A DNA stretch of 63,993 bases, the filler included, from Streblomastix strix (lineage: Eukaryota): NCBI GenBank assembly GCA_008636045.1. It is 3 parts of 3 records of this genome, joined end to end, with 100 filler letters (N's around TTAATTAATTAA, not from the genome) between each part and the next. Parts side by side here need not be neighbours in the genome. Positions count along the whole stretch, not along the records: positions 1 to 21,616 come from SNRW01000363.1; 2 more parts are not named here. The stretch is one strand, 5' to 3'. Shown here piece after piece: positions 1 through 12,156 of this stretch (its first letter is position 1; each line of letters begins with the position of its first letter). The position numbers and the translations under genes are program-made. The notes under the pieces are model-generated. The model saw only the letters and a program-made list of their open reading frames with translations, had not been told where the DNA came from and did no database searches.

Positions 1-2
1 AT

Positions 3-530
3 CCACGAAAACATCTTTACAATATTAATAAATATAAAGAAATTCCACGTGAAACTGCTTAGATTGAACCAGAATAAGTTGTAAAGGATACATATTTATC
101 TCATCCTAACTTAGAAGTTTAGAAATTCATCATAGATACGATTTGGTGATGTGTTGATTCACGTCAGAAAATGTAAGATATCATATTTAACTCTGATAAC
201 TATATCAAACTCTAGGCATTAATAACATAGGAAGAAGAGAAAGAAATTGAGGTTGTAATGGAAGAACCACTGATGAGATATAATAGTTGTACTTCAAAAA
301 AATATAAGAAGAAAGAGATTGTAAGAGTAGATGATGTACTTATCAAGAATGTCTCAATTTCTAACATAGATAACGTATTATGGAATAGTATCGAGAAGCT
401 GTATCGAGTAAATAAGGATTTCGTTAGATTATCTGATAAACTAGAATCAGATATTGATCCTGACGATATTTGATCATTATATCGCAATGAAATCAGTTTA
501 TTTTTGTTGAAAATTAATGGAATCCAATGA
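3..530 (+). pseudogene. Decayed hypothetical ORF of the viral element (5'-truncated)
   Basis: Long frame when TAA/TAG=Gln (…KYKEIPRETAQIEPEQVVKDTYLSHPNLEVQKFIIDTIW…), with two internal TGA; no recognisable motif. Confidence 0.4.
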
Positions 531-720
531 GTAAATTACAGATCTTATTCCATCATCAGAAGATGAGCTAAGAGAAATATAATTAGAATATTGGAAAATG
601 AAGAAATAATAATTAGAAATAGAATCATTATATAAGTTGTAAAAGTAAATAATTTAATGAATTGATAATGAAAATATAAAATATTTTACTTGTTTTAGTT
701 AATTTTTTAAGAAAACATAA

Positions 721-1050
721 GTAGATTTATCACATTTAGTAACATACGATACAGCATAAACTATTACAGGAACTAAGACATTTATTTAACCTATCATTGC
801 AAATTCTTTTATAAAAACTGATGATACTAATTAATAAATTGTGCTTGCAATTGGAGATACTATAGATAAGGATTAATTAGACAATGAACGTATTGAGCCA
901 AGTAATTAGCGGCCAATTGCTTATGGAATGTATGATCAACGAATATTAGGTATTTTAACAACATAAAATAGTAGAGTATACATATCATTGTTATATTAAT
1001 CCTAACGGTACTGTTATAATAAATACAATGTATTAGTTTTATTTGCATGA
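721..1050 (+). pseudogene. Fragment of fibre-like protein
   Basis: VDLSHLVTYDTAQTITGTKTFIQPIIANSFIKTDDTNQQIVLAIGD; shares the QTITGxKTF and NQQ(I/M)(V/L) repeats of the fibre gene at 2573-4429. Confidence 0.55.
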
Positions 1051-1494
1051 TGATTTTGCAAATCTAATATGTGACTCATATGCTATTCATAACAATTGAA
1101 TATTCAACAACTTCAAATACAATATATATCTCCACATTTTAGTAAGTTCTTTATCTTATTTTTCTATTGTTTCTTTAATGAAATCTTCTATTTATTCGTT
1201 TGTGTACTTGGTTCAATGGAAATAACTTACTTAATTATTTGGTTTCTCTTAAAATTTTTCGAATGATTCAATCTTATTTTTGTTTCTTCTACGATAAATG
1301 AATTAGAATATATAGATGATTATATTCAATGGCACTAAAACCACATCAAAATTGCTCCATAATTACTTTATTATTGATATTATTTATGTAAGTTATTCTG
1401 AAATAGATAATGAAATTACATATACTATGAAGTTAACTCCAAAAAATGTAGAATTAATAATTAATATTAACAGATTTATTTGCGAATATCCTAA

Positions 1495-2532
1495 ATGATG
1501 ATATAAGAGATTTAATCTGTAACATTCACTGAAAATTCTATTTAAGATGAATACAAAACTAAGCCATTGACAAGGAATTCATTATTCTTAATCAATGGGA
1601 ATCTGTATATAGTTGGTGCAGTTGGTTCAGGAAAAACTACTTTATTAAGTAAACTAATAGTAATTTATAAATAAAAAATTAATCCATTCATTTTAAATTT
1701 CTCCAATTTTGGTGTTGATGAGACTATGGCATTGAATTTAAACTTTAAGAATATAATCTTAACAAATATCAAATATGAAGAAACAATATATTTCTTACCA
1801 AATTTTGATGAAATCAAGTACATTGTAAAAGAAATCTATATGTACTGGAAACTAAGAGAAGTTAATGTACCTTATAAATCAGATTTCATATAATGAATGA
1901 AAGAAAAAATATTAATAATTAATCCAATTAAAGAATCAAAAAAAATTCATAAAAAGAGTATGTAAAACGAATTGCAGATTTATTTTAATAAGAATGTATC
2001 GATATAATTATCAAATACAGTGTATCAACAAAAATAATGAGATTTGCAATTCCAGCAATGATTCATAATGTATAATTCGAAAAAAAACTAATAATCGTAC
2101 CATAAAATACAAATGTTGACGCAGAATTAAAAGTAATAAAAATTCCAATACTATTTCATAGTTCTTTATTAAATTCATTGTTAATATTTGATGACATTGA
2201 GAGTAATGCTGATATTTAAAGATTCTCATCTGGTTTAGCTAAGACTATAACTCATTTAGTATCCGACTGTAGACATAGCAAAAAAACTGTTTTTTTTGTT
2301 GCTTAATGTCCAAGTTACTTATTCAAACCAGCAAGAATATTATCACATATTATGTGTTTAGGAGTTAATCTATCAGAAAGTGATTTGAAATTAGCTTATT
2401 AAGAGAATTCAATTTAGAATATTGACTTTGATGAATTTATGTTATTAAATGGAACTCCTAATAAATATGAATTCATAATTCTTAATAAATGGTAATCTCG
2501 TTATGAAATATTAAAGAACAAAAGATAAATGA
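1495..2532 (+). pseudogene. A32/FtsK-like DNA packaging ATPase (frameshifted)
   Basis: Walker A LYIVGAVGSGKTT (~1603-1641), Walker B SLLIFDDIE (~2175-2200), then DCRHSKK; internal TGA and frameshift near 2040. Confidence 0.8.
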
Positions 2533-2572
2533 AAAATAATGAAGTTGGTTTATTTTTGTTATTTGAGAAATT

Positions 2573-4429
2573 ATGCTGGCAAAGATCATGAGTTAATAAT
2601 AGATATAAGTGATTCGTTCATTAATTTAATCTGATTTCCGATATTTGATATAATATCATAAAAAATCATCAAGTTCCAGTAGTTAATTATCTGGAAATGA
2701 ATATTAATTGATAGTAGATGATTAAAACACATTATTAAATGCATTAAAAGATAATCCTTAAAATTTTGCTATGAAACTAGAAACAAATGGTGTTATGTCG
2801 TTAAAAAACTTGGATTTATTAAATAATGATTTCTTAGCAAAAATGACTACATTAGAATAAGAGGCAAATGTAATATAATAGACATTGGGAACTGCTACAT
2901 AAAATATTGGTGGTTTATAATAATAAATTGATGTAATTAATGATGAACTTTATAGATAAACATTTTTTAGAGGATACTATTTATTGAACACAGATATATA
3001 ATAATTAGATAACTCTGCCAATGGTGATTTTGCAATCTCTGCTGAAAGTGGAACAGTATGGATGTATGATTAGAATTGGTATAACAGTGCAGATATAGTT
3101 ACTGATTAAGTAACTCTTGCAAGTGATGCTACTCCATTTGCTGATAGTGGAACATTTGTTGCAGGAACTTCAAATGAGTATTCACGAAGAGATCATTTAC
3201 ATCCACTATAAGTATCCACATCTTTACCAGGTAAAGATACATCAGTTGGTAATGTAGAATATGCAAATACTTACGCTAAATCTGATAATTAGCATACAAT
3301 TCAAACTGTTGATTCAATATCACCGGCTTATACAGCAGATGGATCTTATGGTACAGTTGATTCATACGCGAGAAATGATCATTCTAATCTTTTTAAAGTC
3401 TAAACTAATGCTTCAATTATACTTGTAGTTAATGATGTCGGAAATAATGTTACTTCAGCATATTATTCAAGACATGATCATGTTCATCCATAGTAATTAA
3501 CTTACGATGGAAACATTAAAGCAACTAAATTCGTCAAAAAATGAGGATTAGCAACAGAAATATTATGTTTTAATGGTAATTCAACAACGGATTTCGTTAC
3601 AAAAACAACAACTTAAACAATTACAGGCTCGAAAACATTTAATAATAACATTATTATGGCAGGTTATAAAATACCTAATGGAACAAATTAATAAATGTTA
3701 ATGGCAGATGGATCAACGAAACCATTAACATTAATATAATAAGAATTTTTTATCACTTGGTCTATATAATATATTAAATTATGTATATTTGGTTCTTATA
3801 CTACTCCAATTGATATATCAGTCGAATTTACATGTAATTGTTGCACAAGATTTGGATTAATATAGTTTAATTAGGTTTATACAAGTGATGGAATAGGAAT
3901 ATATTAATACAAACTTTAAACTAATATGTCTTATGGAATGGATGTGTGCTATATATTATATTTTGGTACTGGTACTGATAGATATGATGAATTATGGGCA
4001 CGAGTATTAATGTGGTCTAACTAACTAATCTTCCAATAAACAAATTAGAGTATTGGAACAGACCCATTATATAACGTTCTTAATAGTGAAATGTAGTCCT
4101 AACTTCCAAGTGGTGCTAGTAGTTGCACAGCGTTATTTGCGAATTCATTTAATTCAGTAGTACATTTAAATTGTAGTTTGAATGATAATAGAGCAGGTTT
4201 AAGTATTGTACGATAAGTAAATGGAGCTGGAATTTATTTAAGTACTAAGCCAGCAACAGACGGTGGAGTTACTGCAAGCTAATGGAATATTATTACATCA
4301 CCAGAAAATTCAGCATAAAATCCATTAGGTTTTATAATTTGTTTAGGGACTGAAGCAACTACAAATATTCGAAGATTACGAATTAGTTCTGATGGAAATA
4401 CATTATCTTTCAATGGTAGAGTACTATGA
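2573..4429 (+). CDS. Putative virion fibre/spike protein, copy 1 (~618 codons, one in-frame TGA near 3542)
   Basis: Repeated YSRRDHLHP / YAKSDNQH / YARNDHSN / YSRHDHVHP units and a QTITGSKTF motif of phage tail-fibre type; Ser/Thr/Gly-rich; paralog at 21717-23538. Confidence 0.65.
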
Positions 4430-4534
4430 AAATTAAAATATCATCAATGTTTAATTTATTAACTTCGTTAGCAAACTGAAATACTCACGAAGTGATTAAG
4501 CTATTCCGAAGTAATCAGTTTATTTTTGTACCAA

Positions 4535-4984
4535 ATGACTAAACTGCTTAAATAGTTATTCACTGAACTTGCTAAAACAAACTATGAAGACGAAGATTTA
4601 ATAAAAACATCGATAAAGACACTATAAAATCTGCTGATGAAAAGTAAATAAGATTCATAACATATTTTACTTAAAGAAATAATAAGAATTATTAAGTAAT
4701 TCACAACATAATAGAATAAATTATAGTCAATGAAATAATTTGTTGATGATGAAGACTACAAAAATAAAATATATGGTGAGAATAATAAGTTCTATGCAAA
4801 TGAATATAATCAAATCAAGAAGAAGATGGATTTGAATCAACAACCATAATAAATAAAGAAATATATTATATCTGAAGCAACTGATGATGAAAAATAGATG
4901 TATAATTAATTTGTTACAGATGTAGATAATCAACTATTTTGAGGATACTACCAATTAACGCAGTTGAACATGTCTAAATAATGA
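4535..4984 (+). pseudogene. Conserved viral ORF X, copy 1
   Basis: MTKLLKQLFTELAKTNYEDED…MKQFVDDEDYKNKIYGENNKFYANEYNQIKKK; close homolog at 23535-24050; frameshift near 3' end. Confidence 0.6.
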
Positions 4985-5187
4985 ATATAATCTATGACTT
5001 CACAAGTTTTCTCCGATATAAGACCATATCTTTCGTTACATTCTTATTTTTTTTAATCATAGTACTATTATTGAAAATCATCTAATTCCTTATCATCAAT
5101 AAGTGCTTCAAATATTTTGAACACATCATAATCAGATGCGCAATATATTTATCCAAGAGATTGCACTAGTTAATACAATTTTTCCAA
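4930..5187 (-). pseudogene. Conserved small acidic viral ORF Y, copy 1
   Basis: Homolog of the intact ORF at 24002-24253 (…DVFKIFEALIDDKELDD…); ATG apparently lost. Confidence 0.5.
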
Positions 5188-5235
5188 AAACGCAGTCTAT
5201 TTTGAAGTATGAATGAATTTATAAAGAAATTTATA

Positions 5236-5314
5236 AAAACGAATCCCAAAGGGATTCATTACACCAATGAATCGACTTAATCCCGAAGGGAGTAGTGATG
5301 CTTAGCATCGTTGA
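5236..5314. repeat. 79-bp four-hairpin element, copy 1
   Basis: GAATCCC-AAA-GGGATTC, CCAA-TGAA-TCGA, TCCC-GAA-GGGA, GATGC-TTA-GCATC; direct copy at 7596-7674. Confidence 0.8.
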
Positions 5315-5340
5315 AAAATATTCATATAACAGAAAGCAAA

Positions 5341-5547
5341 TCAGCGTTTATTTAAGTATGAATCTACGTTTCCTGCAATGTTACCAACTGTACCCATAAT
5401 TCCTCCAATTCCAGGATGTAATGTACTTACTGGACCAGCTAATGCATCCATTACTTTACTTACTGTTGGTGCAACCCAACTTGCAGTTTTCTTAATATCA
5501 TTTAATATCTTGGAACCAAAATTTTTCAATCCTGTGAGGAATCCCAT
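5341..5547 (-). CDS. 68-aa amphipathic peptide resembling the adenovirus protein VI membrane-lytic N-terminus, copy 1 (intact)
   Basis: MGFLTGLKNFGSKILNDIKKTASWVAPTVSKVMDALAGPVSTLHPGIGGIMG…; paralogs at 18108-18313 and 24311-24517. Confidence 0.7.
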   Translation of the reverse strand: MGFLTGLKNFGSKILNDIKKTASWVAPTVSKVMDALAGPVSTLHPGIGGIMGTVGNIAGNVDSYLNKR

Positions 5548-5634
5548 TGTTATAATAGCTTTATTGCTTGAATGCTGATTTGATTAATAATAAAACTTAG
5601 CTACAGTTTTAATTAATATTCAAATAAACGTAAT

Positions 5635-7585
5635 ATGAGCCTCACAGCAAGTGCATATATACAAAAATTAGCATACGCATAACATTCAGATTATATTTCC
5701 ATATATTCAGCACTAAATGAAGTATTAAAGGCATAATCAATATATCCTTAAAGTCCTTCAGTAAGTAGATAACAATTCTTTGATTATCCAGTAACTTAAT
5801 TAACAAGTGATGGATAACGATATACACGCGCACTATTAGGTGAAAGTGGAACTGATATATGTTCAATGGTATAAACTTGTTAGGTTAATTGGTAAATAAC
5901 CATCCCAGCAAATAGATTAGCATTATAAATTAATAAAGCAGATTAAACTGCTGTAGCAGGTGCTACAACTGCTCTTTAAAGTGTAAACTTCACACGAAAT
6001 GCAGATTATATATTTAATTATACTCGAACTGTCACAGAAGGAGCAAATGCTGATACATAATAACCATTTAATACCACAGAACATATCAAAATTTGGCTTG
6101 GATACTCAACTGCTTGTTGACAATTTTAATAATTTGCCATTTGCAAAGATAATACAAAACTATTGTATACATCAATTTATGCAAGAGAATAAGCAGAGAT
6201 CTCAGCAAATTTATTAACTGACTTATGTACAAATAATTCAGTGAGCGTATCACCATTAGAATCAATAGTAGCTGGTAAAAGGTAATGTGTAATCTTCTTG
6301 GATATTCCAATAGATGCATTTAGCGCAACTGCAGGTTAATTCAATTATTTAATACCATACCCAATAAAATTTTCAGGAATATTTGATTTAAATCAATTGA
6401 ACCCAATTTTCAATTTATTTCCTGTTTTATCACGCAATTATGTATCCTAATGTCCATAGTTATGGACATAAGATTTCTTATAAGATCCGAAGATTGTATG
6501 GTTGAACAGGACTAATATGGTAACAAATGAACATCTTGCATATTAAATGATTCCTCCAAAGAAACATGATACAATATTCCTAAGAAATCGTGACAATGTT
6601 ACTTATGATTCATACACTGTTAGAATTGTTAATATGGAAGAAAAACCAAACACTGAAAAATTCCCTACCAATTCGTTTTCTCAAATAAAAGATGCAAAAT
6701 TTGATAAATTGAACATAAGCAATATAAGTTTCAATATGGAAAATGAAAAAGCAATAATAGATCTGATTTATACTCAAAAAATAATTAATTTTCTTACATA
6801 AATCATTCATACGTAATCTAGCAACTATCCTTTTGGAAGATTTGATGAAAATAGTAGTAATTTAAAAAGTATTATGTCATTTGCAAACATTAAAGAATTA
6901 TTTATTACATTTGCTATGAATTAATATCCAATATGGTTCTTCGCAGTGTTATTCTAGAAGTTCGATTTAATAAATGATTAGCGTCATCTAGTACCAGAAG
7001 CTTACACATCACTTAATTCAATGGCCTATGCATAAATGTTTTATTGTTTTATCAATTAAGATGTTATAGCCGCACTTTCAGATTTATATCATTCATTAAC
7101 TTTTGAAAATCTGTCAATAAATGAGTCAATAAACGATTATTGTGGAAAAATGGGTGAAAAATTAATAGATAGTGAAAATATTCTCTATAAAACTACGTTA
7201 TTTAGAGGAAATAGAGCAACAAAAGTGTATTTTCCTAATAAATTTATGCTTGCATGGAAGATAGCTACAGATGATTCGTTTATGAGGGTTACAATTCATC
7301 TAAAATGGGTGCTAGAACTAATATTCATGTAACGTTATAAGGAAGTTTAACTCATGGAATCAATAAAAACTCATAACTTAATCCTGGAGAAAATCAGAAT
7401 AATCACCAAATATTTTGTGCAACACGAAGTCATCTAAATTCTATATAAACATAGATAACTCCATTGATGCATTACCTTTGCGGTACTATCGTCAGAGTAA
7501 CATTTGATGATGCACCTGATCCATAAGTTCTGATTTTAGAAGTGATTGGAGAAATGGGAGGAACAATGGTTAGAGAACTGGATGA
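5635..7585 (+). pseudogene. Putative major capsid protein, copy 1 (~650 codons, few lesions)
   Basis: MSLTASAYIQKLAYAQHSDYISIYSA…VRVTFDDAPDPQVLILEVIGEMGGTMVR; strongly conserved in three copies; beta-rich; lies in a module with ATPase and fibre. Capsid identity is inferred from size and context. Confidence 0.6.
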
Positions 7586-7595
7586 AAAAATAACA

Positions 7596-7674
7596 AAAAC
7601 GAACCCCGAAGGGATTTGTTACGCCGATTCATCGGATTAATCCCGAAGGGAGTAGCGATGCTAAGCGTCACTGA
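7596..7674. repeat. 79-bp four-hairpin element, copy 2 (just 3' of the capsid gene)
   Basis: GAACCCC-GAA-GGGATTT, CCGA-TTCA-TCGG, TCCC-GAA-GGGA, GATGC-TAA-GCGTC. Confidence 0.8.
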
Positions 7675-7919
7675 GCTAAAATTTATTTTTATAAATCGTA
7701 AATCTGTCGGAAAAAATTTATAAAACGTTCGCTGATCTAATAATTATTAATGATCCTATTTTACACCAGTTATCTGGCTTAACCCTTTCGGAAGTATTTT
7801 ATTTATTTTCACTTTAGAAATTTCCATTTTGAAATTTAATTCTATATTTTTCTCTCGAGAACTTTTTTGATCGAAAATTCATTTTAGTTTTTTCCGAAAG
7901 TTACCCCAAAAATATAACA

Positions 7920-8345
7920 ATGGAATTTGATTTAGTAGAACCAAACAAAGATCCAGATGATAATTACTGTGAGATTAATCAAGAATCTATTTAATACAAA
8001 TTTAGCTCACTTAATCAAAAAGTATATATTATTGTCAATATTAAGAATATCTAAAGGAAATTGAAGACAATTCGAAAATTAATTGAAAATGCTAAAATAA
8101 CGAATTTCACAGAAGATAACTTAATCTATTTATATCGTGATCTTATAGATGCAAATTTTAGATGATTAAGGAATAAAAAATCTTCTAAAAAAACATTAAA
8201 TGATATTAATATTATGCGAAATATGTTGCAAGATTTGCATGAAAATATTATTTAAATGTTAAATTAATATAATTAATCAAATTAAGAAAGATTATCAAAA
8301 TTCTATGCTAAATATGAGATCAGCTAATTAAGTTCAAGCTCGAGT
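7920..8345 (+). pseudogene. Hypothetical viral ORF remnant
   Basis: MEFDLVEPNKDPDDNYCEINQESIQYKFSSLNQK… open in TAR=Gln code with one internal TGA; 3' end uncertain. Confidence 0.35.
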
Positions 8346-8849
8346 GCCCTTTTTGTATCTCATTAAAAGAAACATATTAATTTAGTTTAAACGTATAAAA
8401 TTCAATTATAACATACATAGTTTTTTGATCTCTTAGTCGAAATCAAAATAATAAATTTTCAAACAAAAGTTTCTCATTTAGTACTTTGTTTTTTTTTACA
8501 AAATAAATAATTAATTTAAATAATATTTAATAAATTTTAAATAAATATTCACTTTTTAATATTTTAATGAACATTTGAATTTATTAATCGCTTTCAATTA
8601 AATATTTTGAAATTTTAGATAATAATACTTGTTATTTATGATTTTTATATCAAAATTTTAAATTAAATATCTTTATTAGCCTATTTTATTTATAAACTAT
8701 ATCTGTTATTTAGAATTAGAGCAGAAATTCTAGGATGAAAAAAAAATTGAAATAGTTCGACTCTTCATGATGATTAATAAAGTTTTTTTATTTTTTAAGT
8801 GTAAATTAATTAATATTCTGCAATTCTATATATTACTTCATATATATAA

Positions 8850-9830
8850 AAGCAATTGGTATGTCATTTGGAACTGTTCTCGCTTGTGTCGACGCATGAC
8901 TCGATTCTGTTACGAAATCGCTGGACTTTATCAGAATCCTTGACAATATTGTTTGAATGATATCATCAGGCACCGTCATTGGTACATATATAGCACTTTG
9001 CTTAGTAAAGACCTCCATACCAGAGCTTATAGCATTCTTCCACTCATTTGCTGGGCTCGTTGCAACTTTAATCGGATTTGAGAACTTCAGACACATGATT
9101 AATGCCTCCATTTTGGACATCAGCGCCATTTCAATGGTCTGTTACACAGTTGATATGGGCTTTACATTGGATTTCGTACAATTGAGCCTTGGAGCAACGC
9201 TTAGTGGTCTTCTTGGAGTGCATCTAATCATGACAAATGGTGGAGCAGATATATCAATTGTCATATCAATGCTTAACTCATATTCAGGTTGCGCAACAGC
9301 TGAATCAGGATTTATGCTCAGCAACTTATCTCTGCTATTTTCAGGTGCACTTATTGGACCATCTGTTGCTATTTTGTCTTATGAAATGAGTCAATCAATG
9401 AATAATTCATTCATACTAATGCTTAATCTAATATATTAGTTCTTGGGTATGGAATGGCTGCAGGAAAAGCGTAACATGCAGTTGCTGCTATTACTAAGTT
9501 ACTGAGAAAACATGGATGTAATTTCAGAGTAGCTGTTAACCAAGTTGCTGGGAGATTATCAGGACATATGAATGTAATATTAGGTGGAGCCCTAGCCCCA
9601 TATGATATTGTGCTTGAAATAGACGAAATAAACAAAGATTTTCGGGCTACAGATGTGTCTATTGTACTGTGAGCGAATGATATGTGAATCTATCTGCATT
9701 GGATGATCAAACTTATTTCATTGCTGGAATGCCTATTACTGAATGTTGGATGAGCAAATTGACAAAAGTAGTCAAGAGTTGGAAAAGAATTGGGTATGCT
9801 TTTATTAATAATTCTATATTATTTGCAGAA
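8850..9830 (+). pseudogene. pntB: NAD(P) transhydrogenase beta subunit remnant (dII and dIII)
   Basis: PELIAFFHSFAGL, GGADISIVISMLNSYSG…GFMLSN, then GYGMAAGKAQHAVA, VAGRLSGHMNVIL, YDIVLEIDEINKDF, IAGMPITECW; internal deletions, frameshifts and TGA. Confidence 0.9.
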
Positions 9831-12067
9831 ATTTTAGTAACATTTTTCATTTTACTTTGTTATAACAATAAAACCAATAAAATAATCAATTAATTAAATA
9901 AATATTATGAATTTTTTATTGTATTTTAAGAATTATTAAAAAAAACCATTAATTAATGGTAAATTTAAATTGTAAGATTTTAATCAAAATAGTTATAAAT
10001 GAATAATATTAATATTATTTGTATGAAATTTTAATTAAAGTAATTTATTATTATTACTAAAAATATATTTACTATTGAATCAAATAAAAATATTTGTTTT
10101 TAAAAAAAGCAGTTTTTCTTAATTTAAGTATAATAATTTTATGTTAATTTAATTGATTTGTGTAATATTTAAATTATAAAAGTGATTTTTCTTAAAAAAT
10201 TATAAAATGGGCACTTTTCCTATAAATTATCTTGAAAAATATTAGCTGACCTCATATTCTGGAAAACAGTTGAATGTAATGTTATTTCTTGCTGGATATT
10301 AATAATATATATATTTTATTATGTTTGATGATTTAAGTTTCAATGGATTGAAACCAAATTAAATTAAATTGTAAAAATAATTGCCAAATGAAATAGATTG
10401 AATGGAAAACAAAATACAATTGAAAACGTGATTTTTTGAATTTTAGATCGTCTGGAGAGGATCCGAAATATTTACAAAAAAATTTGAAAAAAAAATAAAA
10501 AAAACTACAATTTTTAATTTAAGAATTGAAATTAAATATAATTAATTTTTATAATAAAATTTTAATATATAAAATCAAAAAATAATTAATTGTTTTTAAA
10601 ATATTTCTTAAATGAAACCGTTTTTAGTAAAATTTCAGAAAGAAATCAATTTTCAAAAATTCTGCACGTATTAAATTATACAAATATTTGTGATAAAATT
10701 TTAATATATATTTATTAAAATTAAATACTAATATAACTGATAAATCATAATCAAATTAGGCAAAATTTAATTGACACGGCGCCCTCTATCCCTATATTAT
10801 TGGATGAACTTGAATATAAATGAGGAGAATAGGACAATAATAATATGATACAGTTAATAAGATATAATACAAATGATTCATTCTCTTAATAAGCAACATT
10901 TACATATCATGTATATTGAACTTCTTTACTTTAACTGATTATAATTTATAATTCTAAATGAAATTTCTTTCTGTCTAAACTCACATCATAACCACTCGAT
11001 GATCAATAAAAAAATGATAAAAATATTAATTTGTTAATAGAATTTAAATTTTATTTGAGTTTATATTGTTAATACATAATAATATTAGAAAAATTGTATA
11101 GTTGTAATATAATAAATCGTGCTGAGTATGCATTTATAATAAATTCTACGTTTGTCTGACTTATTAGAGAAAATTCCCGATTTATAATATTTGCGATATT
11201 TTTTCCTTTCTATTATTGGATTTTCAATGATCCGCTTATTAAAATTTTCATTTATTGAATGAAATACAGTTTCTAATTTCTTTCTTCTTCTTCCTCTGGA
11301 TTTCTTGTAATTAGTATCATTACTAGACTAATCTAATAGTTTTAAAAAATTAGGGAAATAAATGAAATTATGAATAATTAATAAAAATTAATAAATAATT
11401 GTAATTATTTGTGAATATTAAATTTTTTAAAATCTAAATAAAAATAATGAAATTTATACAATTTCTTAGATAATTCTTGATTGAATTATTTAATTCTAAT
11501 GCACTTTATGCTTCAAGCTTTTATAACGATGGTCCTAAATATAATTAAATATAAAAATTATTATTTTATTCGAAGTATTAGTTTTAAAATATGAATATAT
11601 CATAATAATCAAAATTAAACAAACTTAGAAAGCGAAATATATCTGGTGGTTATATTTTTTCTCTTCTCATCGACATTAACTATGCAGTATCTATTTTTTG
11701 AATATAATATATAACCAAAATCATAAAAAAATTCAAAAAAATAAAAAACATCTAAAAAATAAGTAATGTTATTGAATAATAGAAAAAATATTTATAAAAT
11801 AAATTTTATATTTTGGAAAATAAATAATAATTTTTATTATAATCAAAAAAATTAGTATAGTCAATATAGCATTTCGCAAAATAACATATTTTTGTGTTAT
11901 TCGTAGTAGTACCATAGTAATTAATTCCGTGTCTTATAAAATAAGGTAGTATCATAGTTATATTAGCAAACCTGTATTGTTGTAATGTAATAATTTGTAC
12001 TGGGTGTACCACAGCAAATAAAATGGCCCAAGCTCGTACAGAGTGGGTTCTAAAATATTTCTGGGCT

Positions 12068-12156
12068 AGACGGGCTTACACAGGTACAAGTTAAAATATG
12101 TAGTACATATATAGTATATGTATAAATGATAGTGCAAAATGTTCATAATTGCATAT
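12068..12156. repeat. Left arm of ~88-bp inverted repeat
   Basis: GGCTTACACAGGTACAAGTTAAAATAT…ATAGTGCAAAATGTTCATAATTGCATAT is the near reverse complement of 19024-19110. Confidence 0.85.

Noticed and set aside
10760..11550. Possible hAT-like end (…GGCGCCCTCTA) and a transposase-like exon (KSRGRRKK…RIYYKC, minus strand)
   Set aside because: No partner TIR, TSD or catalytic domain found.
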